Shown here in pieces: positions 22,451-34,050 of a DNA stretch of 64,000 bases (its first letter is position 1; each line of letters begins with the position of its first letter). A program made the position numbers and the translations under genes. Origin of the DNA: Diretmus argenteus (taxonomy: Eukaryota); assembly GCA_048569125.1 (NCBI GenBank), contig CM109057.1:34942381-35006380 (forward strand). Reading direction: 5' to 3'. Under the pieces are notes generated by a model. The model made no database searches, had not been told where the DNA came from, and saw only the letters and a program-made list of their open reading frames with translations.

Positions 22451-23292
22451 ACTAGGAGTGGAGGGAAATATCGATACAGCCATAGTATTGTGATACTTTC
22501 TTCCGCAATACAATATCGATGCAGTAGTGCCACGTATCGATACTTTATCTATTTTTACGCACATTATAAAACCTATTCTTCTTCATTTTGTAGCTGGAGC
22601 AATGCAAAAGTGCATTGCCGCCAAAATCCTGTAGGTGTCGAGTGTTAAAACATCTGCACTGTGACAGATCAGAAGTTAGAAATCTTTGCGCTTTTATTTT
22701 GAAATTCAGTAGAACTGAATCAAATAAGAAGTTTTGAGTTAAATTGAGCCTTAGAGATAGGGTGAGGGGCTCGGACATCTGGGAGGGACTCAGAGTAGAA
22801 CCGCTGCTCCTCCACGTCGAGAGGAGCCAGCTGAGGTGGTTTGGGCATCTGGTGAGGATGCCTCCCGGACGCCTCCCTGGGGAGGTGTTTCGGGCATGTC
22901 CAACCGGGAGGAGACCTCGGGGTCGACCCAGGACACGCTGGAGAGATTACATCTCTCGGCTGGCCTGGGAACACCTCGGGACCCCCCCGGAAGAGCTGGT
23001 GGAAGTGGCGGGGGAAAGGGCTTCCTGGGCTTCCCTGCTGAAGATGCTGCCCCCGCGACCCGGACCCGGATAAGCGGAGGACGAGACGAGACGAGACGAG
23101 TTATATTGATTCACTTCTTGCTTCTTATTTTGAGGCATCATTTTGGCACTTGTAGGGTACGACTTCAATTTTATTTGTCATTTTACATTTTATTTTACTT
23201 AAAATAATTGTGATATATCGCAACAAATTTAATCGCAATACTTAATGTATCGCAAATCTCCCCATATCGTGATAATATCGTATCGTGAAGTC
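22451..23292. mobile_element. MITE family A copy 2, interrupted by a LINE 3'-tail fragment
   Basis: The core is collinear with the other copies from 22451 to 22744, then resumes at 23096-23292. The intervening 351 bp is foreign. Confidence 0.8.
22745..23095 (+). mobile_element. LINE 3'-terminal fragment, C-terminal RT tail ...RSQLRWFGHLVRMPPGRLPGEVF...GRRPRGRPRTRWRDYISRLAWEHLGTPPEELVEVAGERASWASLLKMLPPRPGPG, ending in (gagac)n
   Basis: Track ORF 22744-23073. Protein tails of this form recur in fish and vertebrate non-LTR retrotransposons. It is nested inside MITE-A copy 2. Confidence 0.7.
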
Positions 23293-23520
23293 TAATATCT
23301 ACCATTTGGGGGGAAATGGATGTCTGCTTTGACAAAATGATTACTGGTACACAAGTGAAACACACTATGTTTTACTCGTGACGTTAGGAGTCATCTCAAA
23401 ACCTTTTACTTAGGAAATAATTACATCTGTGTTGAAATGGATACGTAGCATTTTGGAATGAACCCCTCCCACAATAAAATATCACTTTCCATGCCTACGT
23501 GTCTTGTCTTTCCGTCCCAG

Positions 23521-23638
23521 TTATCCATGCGAGTGGGGCGGTGTCGTGGAGGGGAAGCCCTATCTGAAAGGCCTGGAGGACTTTGGCAAGATGGTGCTGG
23601 AAGACCTCTGGGAAGCCGTGTTGAAGCAGTTTGTTGAA
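23521..23638 (+). CDS. tep1: tep1 exon 20: (N)[39 protein letters not shown]
   Basis: Acceptor tttccgtcccag|, donor gaa|gttagt. Near-identical to human [33 protein letters not shown]. Confidence 0.9.
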
Positions 23639-24110
23639 GTTAGTTACTTTGAAGATTCATGCTACCATGGGTCATTTATTGACATAGCTAATATACAGTA
23701 GATTATGTGGAAGAAATTAAAGTAGCACTCTGCTTAAAGTTAATTACTGTTGAATTTATTATGTAACATGATCATGGTGAGAACACCACTCAGCTGCTGC
23801 CATGCGGTCTCTGCTGACTCAGGTGGGGGATCTTCATTATATAGGACACATGACAGGAAGTGACATCACAGCATCCTCACACAGGTGAAAGGCATGATGG
23901 GAAATGTAGGGTGATGATAAGTACAATATTTTTGTAGGCATACAGCTTATACATTCACTAAACTACAATAAAACAAAATCTTGGTTACAATTATAAACAA
24001 TACCACACATTAAGTATAATCCTAAATGTAAACAAGAAAAAACACATTAAAGTAAATACATTTCTCCACAATTACAAACCAACAATTTCTATGTATTCTC
24101 TGATTGGCAG

Positions 24111-24299
24111 GAGGACGAGGAGGCGGAGGCTGCGTCAGATGTCACCGAGCAGGAGGTGCACCAGGCGAAGCTGCAGAGGCAGTTCTACGGCAGAGCCAAG
24201 CTGCTGGCAGGAGCTGTGGAGAAGATCCAGGAGGTCCAGGCCAAAGGAGGCATGCTGCTGGTGGAGGGAGCACCTGGGGAGGGCAAGACTGTCTTCATG
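24111..24299 (+). CDS. tep1: tep1 exon 21 (NACHT P-loop): EDEEAEAASDVTEQEVHQAKLQRQFYGRAKLLAGAVEKIQEVQAKGGMLLVEGAPGEGKTVFM
   Basis: Acceptor tgattggcag|, donor atg|gtaaat. Walker A GAPGEGKT aligns to human GQSGQGKT. Confidence 0.9.
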
Positions 24300-24886
24300 G
24301 TAAATTGTTAACCCTTTATAGACCATGTGTAGAAGATGAAGACGAAGGCAGCTACACAGGGTCTGACAATCATCACTTTTATATGTGAAAAATATAAAGT
24401 TGGACAATTAACAGAGTTCCAAAAAGGCCAATGTGGTCCGTCTGAATTGCAGGGGCATCAGTCACAAAAACTGCTAAATTAAAAGGGGAACAGTTTTGAA
24501 AATCATGTGAAACTGCATCAGCAAAGACGAACATTGGTTGCAAGTCGAAGCTTCATGACTGGAACAGATGGATACTTACAGGATAGATGAAATCTACAGC
24601 CCCCCCAAAAAATTACCACCAAGTTGAAGTAACACCTCTGCAATCTTGTATGAATCTGCTTCCAGAGAACCTATTCCCTTGTGTCTTCATACAAGCAGCA
24701 GTTTAGTGGTGGAAGTAACAAGTCGTGGTGGAAGTAGTAGTAGTAGAATTTCCTTCATTGATCCCACTGTGGGTAATTCCTCTGGTACTGAAACACCACA
24801 AGTCATCCAGTACACCGGACGCTGCTCACATAGACAGTGAGTTCTTCATATCTCTTTCCTACCCATGTTCTCCTCCCTCCATACAG

Positions 24887-25068
24887 GCTGCTCTAGCAAA
24901 CGCCCTCCACGCCAGAGACAAGAGAAAGGGGAGCTGTGGTGTCATCTCATACTCTACGGCTGCTAGCCAATCCGCACGCTCTGTGGAGAACCTCCTGCGA
25001 TGCATCGTCCAACGGCTGAAGGAAACAAAAGATACCGAGGAGGAATCGCCCCTTCCCCTGTCGTACAA
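24887..25068 (+). CDS. tep1: tep1 exon 22: AALANALHARDKRKGSCGVISYSTAASQSARSVENLLRCIVQRLKETK...PLSY(K)
   Basis: Acceptor ccatacag|, donor aa|gtaagt. Aligns to human ASLVSALQAPDG...TLLRRLCTYLRGQLKE. Confidence 0.8.
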
Positions 25069-25155
25069 GTAAGTTAAATGCGCCTCAGTGCCATTTGAAG
25101 TTTTGAGACTTGTGTCATTTTGTCTATGCACTAATACTTTTTGCAATCTACGTTC

Positions 25156-25198
<43 letters not shown>

Positions 25199-25204
25199 TA
25201 TCAG

Positions 25205-25346
25205 AGATTTGCTGGCGGAATTTCACTCCATGTTGAGTGACACCAAGAAAGACCAACCGCAGGTCCTGCTGGTTGATGGGGCGGACCTTGTGCGAGATGC
25301 AAGGGGCCAGCTCAGCTCTAATTGGATACCACAGCAGCTTCCCAAG
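25205..25346 (+). CDS. tep1: tep1 exon 23 (NACHT Walker B): (K)DLLAEFHSMLSDTKKDQPQVLLVDGADLVRDARGQLSSNWIPQQLPK
   Basis: Acceptor tttttatcag|, preceded by a (TA)n array. Donor aag|gtgctg. Aligns to human QTQVLIIDGADRLVDQNGQLISDWIPKKLP. Confidence 0.9.
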
Positions 25347-25546
25347 GTGCTGAGCCCGTTACATGATCTAAATCCCACATTCAATCAGGGTGTCCGCGGG
25401 GTCTTAAAAAGTCTTAAATGTTTAGTGGGCCTGTCAGCAGATTAAATAATATGAAATAATGGATGAGTATGTAACCCAGCTTTTTTCACAGCTTGTTTTC
25501 TGGTTCTTAGCCCCCTGTTTTCTTAGATCAGTGTAAACAATGCACC

Positions 25547-25833
25547 AGGCCACTGATTCTCAACCTTTTTCATATCAAGGACCGCAAATTTGGTCCACAT
25601 TTGGGCCACGGACCAACTATTTGATGAGATTTTGTCTCTCAGACCCAAATCTGAGAATATTTTATTGTTAGATATGATTTTGTCCGGAACTCAGTGTCTG
25701 TCTGTATTGTAGGTAGAGAGATAACAGAGAAACTAGGATCAAAACATTTATTCTTCTACATTATCTGATTGTTCAGTGCCCTCAAGGACCTCTGGTGGTC
25801 CCCGGACCCCACATTGAGAACCAGTGCACTAGT
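25547..25833. mobile_element. MITE, family with TIR ...agtggttctcaacc (copy 2)
   Basis: ccactgattctcaacctttttcatatcaaggacc ... ccacattgagaaccagtgcactag. Homologous to 10102-10495. Confidence 0.7.
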
Positions 25834-25993
25834 CTGCTTCATCACTCTTCATATACATACATGGGGTTACTTCTTTCCCAGTTGAAATTCACAGACATTC
25901 ATAGATCTGTACATTTATGCAGTTGAGGCGAGGTTGAATCTGCTTAGTGGGAGGATGTGCGGTGAAACCCGTGTTCCCCTTTTTTCTCGTCAG

Positions 25994-26173
25994 GGTGTGT
26001 GTTTGGTAGTAAGCGCCACGTCCAACTCGCCACTGTTCCAAACCCTCGCCAAGAAGAAAGGCGCTGTGCAGTTCGCCCTGGGACAGCTCTCTATGCCGGA
26101 CAGGAAGGAAATAGTTCAGAAAGGACTGGACGCCTTCGGGAAGAAACTCAGTGACTCTGCATTCAACAACCAG
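25994..26173 (+). CDS. tep1: tep1 exon 24: GVCLVVSATSNSPLFQTLAKKKGAVQFALGQLSMPDRKEIVQKGLDAFGKKLSDSAFNNQ
   Basis: Acceptor tttctcgtcag|, donor cag|gtttct. Aligns to human RCVHLVLSVSSDAGLGETLEQSQGAHVLALGPLEASARARLVREELALYGKRLEESPFNNQ. Confidence 0.9.
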
Positions 26174-26307
26174 GTTTCTCTCAACACTCTTTGCAGCCTA
26201 TGTAGGCTAAGTATCATCGCTGATTGACGTTTCAAATAAATGCATGATACTTCCATCTTTACAGTGGGTTGTTGTGTATTCTAGATGTATTCTGTGTGTG
26301 TCTCCAG

Positions 26308-26400
26308 CTCCAGACTTTGATGATGAAGAAGGGAGCGGTGAGCCCTCTCTACCTGCACCTGGCCTGCGAAGACTTGAGGAACTTTGCCTCCTTCGATAAG
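26308..26400 (+). CDS. tep1: tep1 exon 25: LQTLMMKKGAVSPLYLHLACEDLRNFASFDK
   Basis: Acceptor tgtctccag| (alternative ctccag| 5 nt downstream), donor aag|gttcga. Aligns to human MRLLLVKRESGRPLYLRLVTDHLRLFTLYEQ. Confidence 0.8.
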
Positions 26401-26945
26401 GTTCGACGTCTTGCAGACACTCCCACAGTGTTGGGACTCGTCATATTACTGCATAATGTTGGTTGTAGTGATGCCATTTGGTTGGACCCTTAAAATACCA
26501 CGAGTGCACACATATTATATTGCATTGTGCTCTTGCGATTATTGAAAACAGTGTTATCTGGGTTTGCTAGTTAGCGTATCTGACCTTCCAAGATCATGGA
26601 CGCCGTGAATGAAGGGGGGAAAAGTGATTTTTAATGTGTCTATTTTGGCCAGAGTTCCTTCTTTACCTTTCAAACTTGCCAGTAAGCTAACGTGCACTCT
26701 TTTCTTTGGCTCCACCCATTGAAATTTACCTCAACCAATGAGATTTCTGCCTTCAGAGCAGCTCTGCCTCCAAGAAATGTTTGTAGAAACTCCAATCTGC
26801 CATTGAAAGACACAGTTCAAGATCAATGGGGAGCAAGATATAGTTATGTAATCTGCTTGCTTACCTTATATAATTACATCATGACATGTATTATTATCAT
26901 GAGAATAATGAAATGCACAGTTGATGGCGTGATGATGGTTATATA

Positions 26946-27325
26946 CAGGGTGTCCGCGGGGTCTTAAAAAGTCTTAAATTCACAATTCTCAATAAAAGGT
27001 CTTAAATTTAATGTTCATAGGTCTTAAATATTTAGTGGGTCTGTCAGGAGATTAAATAATAATAAATAATATGTCAGATGTTTTTGATGATCAGACTTTG
27101 TGTGTTTGTGTTTCTACCGGGAGCTACAGAAGCTATGACCTTAATGTTAATACATTCTAGGACTTTTAACATCATTCTAACACTGTTATTTACCTATAGC
27201 AGATATCACAACTTCTTCTTTTGATAGTACGACAGTGAAATTGGTATTAAAGTGCATTCAAAGTGGCCTTAAAAAGATCTTAAAAAGTCTTAAATTTAAC
27301 TTGTTTAAACCTACAGAAAACCCTG
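26946..27325. mobile_element. MITE family B copy
   Basis: cagggtgtccgcggggtcttaaaaagtcttaaat ... gtcttaaatttaacttgtttaaacctacagaaaaccctg. Confidence 0.75.
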
Positions 27326-27635
27326 ATATAGATGACAAAATGAAGATGCTGCTCTTACTGTTTTAAATTTCATTATATGTATTGTATATTGTTGCTTTCT
27401 TGTTCCCTATTAGTGTACTGTTATATTTGTGTCTTAATGCAAGTAAGCATGTGTTGCCTTACTCTCGACTGACTAAGGGGAAGTTCATATTTTCACCTGC
27501 CTCTTTCGTGGAGAAGTCTCTTTAACCCTGCTGCCAAATTTCATCGCACCTTTGTGCACAAGACAATAAAACGAAACTTGATAAGAACGAATGACGATGA
27601 TGACGGTTGTGCTAACATCTCCCCTTCTGTCTCAG

Positions 27636-27771
27636 ATGAAGGAGAGTCTCCAGATCCTGCCACAGTCCCTGAGCCAGTTAGTTCAGTACAGCCTGGACCG
27701 ACTGTGCTCCCAGTACAGAGGTGTGGTGGGACTCCGCTGGGCCCTGGCAGCTCTCACCGTCAGCACCACCG
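27636..27771 (+). CDS. tep1: tep1 exon 26: MKESLQILPQSLSQLVQYSLDRLCSQYRGVVGLRWALAALTVSTT(G)
   Basis: Acceptor ttctgtctcag|, donor ccg|gtaaga. Aligns to human VSERLRTLPATVPLLLQHILSTLEKEHGPDVLPQALTALEVTRSG. Confidence 0.8.
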
Positions 27772-27839
27772 GTAAGACGTTTGATGTATATCTAACCACA
27801 CTTCAACAAATAGTATTTTTGCATAAGGTGTAAGGTAAA

Positions 27840-28105
27840 CTTTATTTATAGAGCGCCTTTCGAGACCAGAGCCACAGGGCTCAGCTCAGCTCAGTTTGCC
27901 TTAGCCCTTTGGTGGGCCGTGGGCATTCCTTTCGATGGCAGTCTTTCTTGCAGATTCCAGATCTCCTCTCCAGTCTCTGATGTTGTCTATCCATTCTGTC
28001 TTCCTTCTCCCCCATCGTCCTTTCGCGCACACCTCTCCCTCTATTGTTGCCAGCACTAGGCTGTCGCCTCGTCTTTTCCAGTGGTCATATTGGCACTGCA
28101 CATTA
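27840..28105 (-). mobile_element. LINE 3' fragment on the minus strand, RT C-terminal tail KGRWGRRKTEWIDNIRDWRGDLESARKTAIERNAHG
   Basis: Track ORF 27901-28101(-). It carries the same G(R)RP.GRP...RW.D tail motif as the fragment at 22745. Confidence 0.55.
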
Positions 28106-28870
28106 AAACGTCAAAAAAACAGAAGTAAAATGCAGATTGAGAACAGAAACATAGAAAAAGAAGAAAAGAAGTTAAAAACAGAAGAGTAAAGATATGAGTC
28201 TATAACAGAAGTTAAAAACAGAAAAATAAGAATACAGTTAAAAAGCGCATAGGGCAGAACATGCATTACAGAACAAAATGTGCTGCTTATCCATGACATT
28301 GATTTTAATGTGTTGGGATACCACATGGGTAAGTAGTATAGGACAGAGCGCCATCAAGTTTAGTGCGACATGTGACCTTAACTTGGGGCTGGTTGGTATT
28401 GGAGTGATACAGGTAATGGTGTGAGGGCAGGAAAGTATTTGTAAATCACTTTTGCGTACTTATCTATGAACGACAGCTTACCTGACACTCCATGAATTGT
28501 CCTTGTGCAGTAAACACCCGTCTGGTCCTCCACGCAGGTTGAACCAGAGATTTACCTGAGATTATTTGCAGATCCTGTTTGATCCAGTTTGATCGAGGTC
28601 TGAATGTAGCTTTTGTTTGTGCATCAGACCTGAGGTGAAATCTGATGCACCTTATGCTTCATTAATGTTCTGGATGGACACGATGCAAAAGCAAAATGGG
28701 TGAAAATCCCTTCATTTATTTGTAGAATATTAGTTATTCAACATTGTTTTACTGCATGTGGGACATTTTATTTAGTGCCTCGTTGACTTATTGTTTTATG
28801 TTACGTTATGTTCTGTATTAACGCGCATTATTGATAATTTGTTAATTTTACTCGTGTTTCCCGTCTGCAG

Positions 28871-29030
28871 GCCTGAAGGAGAGAGACCTGTATGGCATCC
28901 TGAACACATGCGATGACTTGTCCTCGCCGGACAAGCAGGTCACATGGCAGGAAGTGCTGCACCTGTCCAGGAAGCCCAGAGGACGCGTTCCCATGGCGAC
29001 TTTCACCCATGTGCTGCACAGTTTACAGAG
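28871..29030 (+). CDS. tep1: tep1 exon 27: LKERDLYGILNTCDDLSSPDKQVTWQEVLHLSRKPRGRVPMATFTHVLHSLQ(R)
   Basis: Acceptor cccgtctgcag|, donor agag|gtagga. Aligns to human LTVDQLHGVLSVWRTL...PMGPFACLVQSLRS. It is followed by the 16.2-kb TE-filled intron. Confidence 0.8.
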
Positions 29031-29150
29031 GTAGGAGTTAAAAGCCTGTGAATCCTGGGTTTTCCATTTGTTTGACCATGTAATGACGATGATCAACACT
29101 GTGTTCGTATTAGTGACTGGTTAACCTGTAGAAGTTTCTCTCCAGACCAG

Positions 29151-31293
29151 ATGAAACACTCCATACTAAAAAATAACTTATCTTTATTACATGTAAACAC
29201 CCGAAGTCTGAAAAAACACCATGATGAACTCGTCTCCCTTCTGTCCACCACTGACTGTGGTTTGGATGTAGTGGGTTGCAGTGAGACCTGGTTGAATGAG
29301 ACTTCACATATTGACACCTTAAGTATTGACGGCTTCAGATTAATCAATAAGAATAGAATTGGTAGGAGCGGCGGTGGAGTATGTTTATATGTGAACTCAG
29401 AACTTACTGTCAAAAGCCGTGAAGACTTGATTATTGATGATGGTCACTCTGACTCCCTTTTCACTGAGATAACAATTAATAACAAAAAAATATTATAATT
29501 GGAGTGATCTACCGCCCCCCTGACTCTGACCTCATCACTTTTAAGGTGAAACTAGAGGAACTCCTCTACCATATTAACAGTATCAAGAAGGAGTGCATTA
29601 TTCTAGGGGACTTTAATATTGATATTGCTAAAGAGACCACAACAAAAAACGATTTCATGAATCTGTTATACTCATCCTCCTTCTTTCCCACAATCGACAT
29701 CTTCACCAGAGTAACTAACTGCACAAAATCTACTATTGATAACATCATCACCAACATTCATAACACTCACTTATTGTCCGGTGTGGTGATCTCTGACATT
29801 TCCGATCATTTCCCCATTATATTATCTCTTGATATAGTTAGTAAACACTCAGTCTCTCAGCACAAGGCAAAAGTTAAAATCTTAAATGAAAGAACCTTGC
29901 AGAACTTATGTGAACACTTGCAGAACAAAAACTGGAACTCAATCTATGATTCCTGTGATGCTGATACCGCATACAACAGCCTAACCAACTACATCACTGA
30001 TTCCATTAAGTGCTCCATTCCTGTGAAGACGGCTGTACGCGGTACCAAGAATCACAATCCTTGGCTGACTAAGGGAATCTTTAAATCTATCAATCAAAAA
30101 AATAAACTCTATAAAATTTACATAAAAAACCCAAGCATCAGAAATAAAGAAAAGTACTGTCAATATAGGAATAAACTCACACTCATAATACGGAAAAGTA
30201 AAAGAGATCATTACACCGAATGTATAAAATCAACTCAGGGTGATTCCAAGAAAACATGGCAGGTACTGAATGAAGTACTCGGAAGGGGCCGCAAAAATAC
30301 TGTGCTCCCTGACTCCTACGGAAATAGCAGTAAAGACACAAATGACCTAACAAACAGCTTTAATAATCATTTCATTTCACTTGGTGAGAACCTCGCCAGC
30401 AAAATTACTCAACCTCAAGATACCACTTACACACAATATTTACATGGGAACTACTCCAAATCATTTTCCTGAGGCCTGCCGACCGCAACGAGGTCTACAA
30501 TATCATCTTGCACCTGAAAAGCTCACATACAGCCGGAGCCGATGAAATCTGTAGCACAATTCTGAAGGCCATTGTAAACATAATTCTGGAACCACTCGTC
30601 TTCTGTATTAACCTATCCCTGCTCTCTGGTAAAGTACCAAAAATGTCAAAAATCGCTAGAATTCTGCCAATCTACAAATCCGGTGATAAAAATGACTTAA
30701 ACAACTATAGACCAATATCCATACTGCCTACTCTTTCTAAAGTACTGGAGAAGATTGTGTACAGTAGACTGAGTGGGTACCTTGACCAATTTAACATCCT
30801 TGCTGCTTCGCAATACGGCTTCAGGAAAAAAAGCACAACTTGCATGGCAGTGCTTGACCTACTTGAAAAGATCAATGACGCTATTGACATTGGTGACCAT
30901 GCAGTTGGAATTTTCCTTGATCTCTCTAAAGCTTTTGACACCATAGACTTTGAGATTTTCCTTGGCAAGCTCCATTTCTATGGTGTCAGAGGTATCGCTC
31001 TCGACTGGTTCAGCAGTTACCTGAAAGACAGAGAACAGTATGTCTTCATCAATGGCCACAAATCACAACAGGAAATAATCAACTATGGGGTCCCCCAGGG
31101 CTCAATTTTGGGGCCTCTTTTGTTCATTTTATATATTAATGATCTCAATAATGTGTCAGACGTCTTACATAAAGTCCTGTTTGCGGATGACACTAATCTG
31201 CTCTTGTCCCACAAAAACTCACTTGCGCTACAGGAATCTGTAATTATGGAGCTGGAGAAAGTGGACAGATGGTTCAAATGTAATAAATTATCT
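29151..31293 (+). pseudogene. LINE ORF2 (EN+RT), frameshifted and interrupted by insertion
   Basis: There are at least two frame changes between track ORFs 29151-29498, 29504-30472 and 30508-31329, plus a 12.6-kb insertion. Confidence 0.8.
31281..31293. repeat. 13-bp target-site duplication taataaattatct (left copy)
   Basis: An identical 13-mer occurs at 43904-43916, immediately outside the Penelope-like element (PLE) complex. Confidence 0.85.
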
Positions 31294-31784
31294 AAAAAAG
31301 GCAGGCGGACCAAGGCACTCTTTCATTAGATTAAAAAAGCTTTAATATATTGCTTAAGTCATATTAGACTGTCACCAACATGTTTCGGCAAACGCCTTCA
31401 TCAGGGTGATATGGAAACAACTTCACATGGCAAACATTTCAAGGCTCTGCAATTAGCCCTGATTAGCTAGCAGGTGTGCTGAGACAGAGCTAGTCGATAG
31501 CAGAGCTACAGAGCTAGTCTATAGCAGAGCTACAGAGCTAGTCAGTAGCAGTCCATTCCCTCTAGGGGGCAGCATCAGATCAGGAAGTTGGCAGTAGATA
31601 CCATCTACAGTGGATGAAGACACAGTGTGAAAGAGAGCACATATCATGGGGGAACAAAATATATATACATAGTAAACCTCATCTTCATAAATAAACATAG
31701 TAGACATTATATTCATAATCATTATCATATATCACATATAAAAAAGTGGTTTAAGGTAATTATCATAGAAATCTCATATAAAAC

Positions 31785-34050
31785 CTATAAGAAAGATATC
31801 ATATCAATGGTGTCATTAAGACCTGGGGGGGACATGGCCTGAAGAGTGTGGATCCAGCGGCTTTCTTTTTGATTAAGGGTCTTTTCCCTATCACCTCTTC
31901 TGAGGGCTGAAGGAACGTGGTCTATCCCTAACACAGTAAAAGAGACTGAGCTACAACTATGGACTTCCTTAAGGTGTTTTGCCATGGCATAGTCCATGTT
32001 GCCCGATTTGACAGCATATCGGTGTTCAGCAACTCTGTCCTGTAGGCGTCGCTTAGTGCGTCCAACATAAAAGGCATCACATAAACTACAGCTGAGAATA
32101 TAAATACAGTGGGTACTTTTGCAATTAAGAAAGTGCCTATTCGTAAACCTCTGCTGAGTAACTGGGTGGATGAATTCTTTTCCCTTTGTAATTATGTCAC
32201 ACTGCCTGCAATGGCCACATCTGTATGTACCATTAGGTACAGGAGGAAGCCAAGTGGATCTCGATTCTTTGGCTGGTGTGTGGCTATGTACCAATCTATC
32301 CCCTAGGGTAGGAGCTTTCCTGAAGGAGAAGATAGGGGGGTCTGGAAACACTTGTTGCAAAACCTCGTCACATCGGACGAGGTCCCAGTTCTTTTTTATA
32401 ATACTACGTATGCCTATCGCCTCAGTGCTGTATTTTGTAGAGAAGAACACTATCTTTTTTAACTTTGGGGGGTTTTCTCTTCAACAAAGAATCTCGGTCA
32501 AGGGCACTCGCCCTACTGAGAGCCGAATCCAGAGTGTTTGGTGAATAGCCACGTTCTCTAAACCGACTATACATCTCTGCACTCTTAGAAATAAAATCCG
32601 TGTCACTGTTGCATATCCTGCGTAACCTTTGGAATTGCCCAAAAGGAATGTTTTTGATAAGGGGCTCTGGGTGGAAACTCTTAGCATGCAGAATTGTGTT
32701 CTTATGCACGTCTTTTCTATAGATGGAGGTGTGCAAAAAACCATTCATGTCCTTGCTTATCTCCAGGTCTAAGAAATTGATTTTGTCTCTATCAAATTCC
32801 AGCGAGAGCTTTACATTAGGGTTAGCATTATTCAAATATGTATGGAACAACAGTAATTCATCAGCAGTACCATTCCACCACATCAAAATGTCATCAATGT
32901 ACCGGGTCCACCATATTATTTTATCTCTGAATCGATTTTGGGGATGGTATACTATATCCTCCTCCCACTTCCCCATGAATAATCCCGCATACGATGGGCT
33001 AAAACACGCCCCCATGGCACAGCCTTTCACTTGTTTAAATAGTTTATCCTGAAACAAAAAAACATTGTTATTTAGAGTCCATTCTGTGAGGTCTGTGAGA
33101 AAAGAAGTAGGAGGGTCATGTGGGAGAGGCCTTTTGTCAAGGAAGTGCCTCAGAGCTGATAGTCCTTGCCCGTGTTCAATATTACAGTACAAACTCTCAA
33201 CATCCATCACGCAGAGTAATGTATCGCGGCCCACAAAATTGTCACTCTTGATCTTACTGAGGACATCGGTTGTATCCTGTACATATGCAGGAAGGAGATG
33301 CAGTAACGGCTTGATATGGAAATCAACAAATTTAGATATAGGTTCTGTCAATGATTCATTGCCCGAAATTACTGGCCTCCCAGGTGGCGCTGTTGGGTGT
33401 TTATGACACTTAGGTAATAAATAAAAGGATGGCATTCTTGGACTTGAACAGAATAAAAACTTGAACTCCTGTTCAGAGATAAGGTTCTCCTCTTTTGCCC
33501 TGGAGAGTAGCTCATAGAGCTCCTGTGTCAGCGTGGTAATAGGATTGTTAGTCAGTGGAGCATAGAAGTTAGCATCTCGCAACTGTCGAAATGCCTCGTT
33601 TGTGTATTGCTCATATCCCCATACAACGACCCCTGAACCTTTATCCGCCCTTTTAATTACAATGTTTGTGTTTTCAGAGAGTTCCTTAATAGCATCCCTT
33701 TCAGCCTTTGTAAGGTTATGTCTATGTTTGGGATTTTCCTTAGAAAAAAGTTTCTCCACTTCATAGTTAACTTTTTTCTCAAAGGTATTTAAAGTCGTAT
33801 TTTGCACAACCGGGCAGAATCGCGATTTAGGCTTAAAAGGGGTATGGACTGCCTGATCAGGGGAGTTAGGGGTGTAGTCTGGGGTGGGATTCAATTTGTA
33901 CCATGCTTTAAGATGCAAGTTCCTATAAAAACGGAAAAGGTCGACTTTAACATCAAAGCTGTTGGAGGTACAAGTAGGGGCAAAAGTTAGACCTTTGGAT
34001 AAGACCGTAATGTGGGTGTCGGAGAGGGGGATACCTGCTAGATTAATCAC
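31785..34050 (-). pseudogene. PLE ORF2 (unit 1), disabled by a 2-bp frameshift deletion
   Basis: Track ORFs 32422-34050 (542 aa) and 31785-32450 (221 aa) together equal the 755-aa ORF2 of units 2 and 3. Confidence 0.85.

Larger units (their letters stand above)
29130..31293 (+). mobile_element. CR1/L2-like (jockey-superfamily) LINE, 5' part up to the PLE insertion point
   Basis: AP-endonuclease motifs (LHVNTRSL, CSETWL, SDHFPI) and RT motifs ([28 protein letters not shown]) are present. The ORF is broken into the 115/322/273-aa track ORFs by frameshifts. Confidence 0.85.

Noticed and set aside
29151-31329. LINE ORFs considered as a host endonuclease/RT gene
   Set aside because: The frames are shifted between segments, the region is interrupted by the PLE, and it ends in a microsatellite tail. 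It is a decayed retrotransposon copy and is annotated as a mobile element/pseudogene.
32481-33406. Antisense ORFs inside PLE ORF2 (32481-32744, 32723-33052, 33065-33406, and their mirrors in units 2 and 3)
   Set aside because: They lie on the strand opposite a strongly supported RT-coding frame, and only alternative start codons are present.
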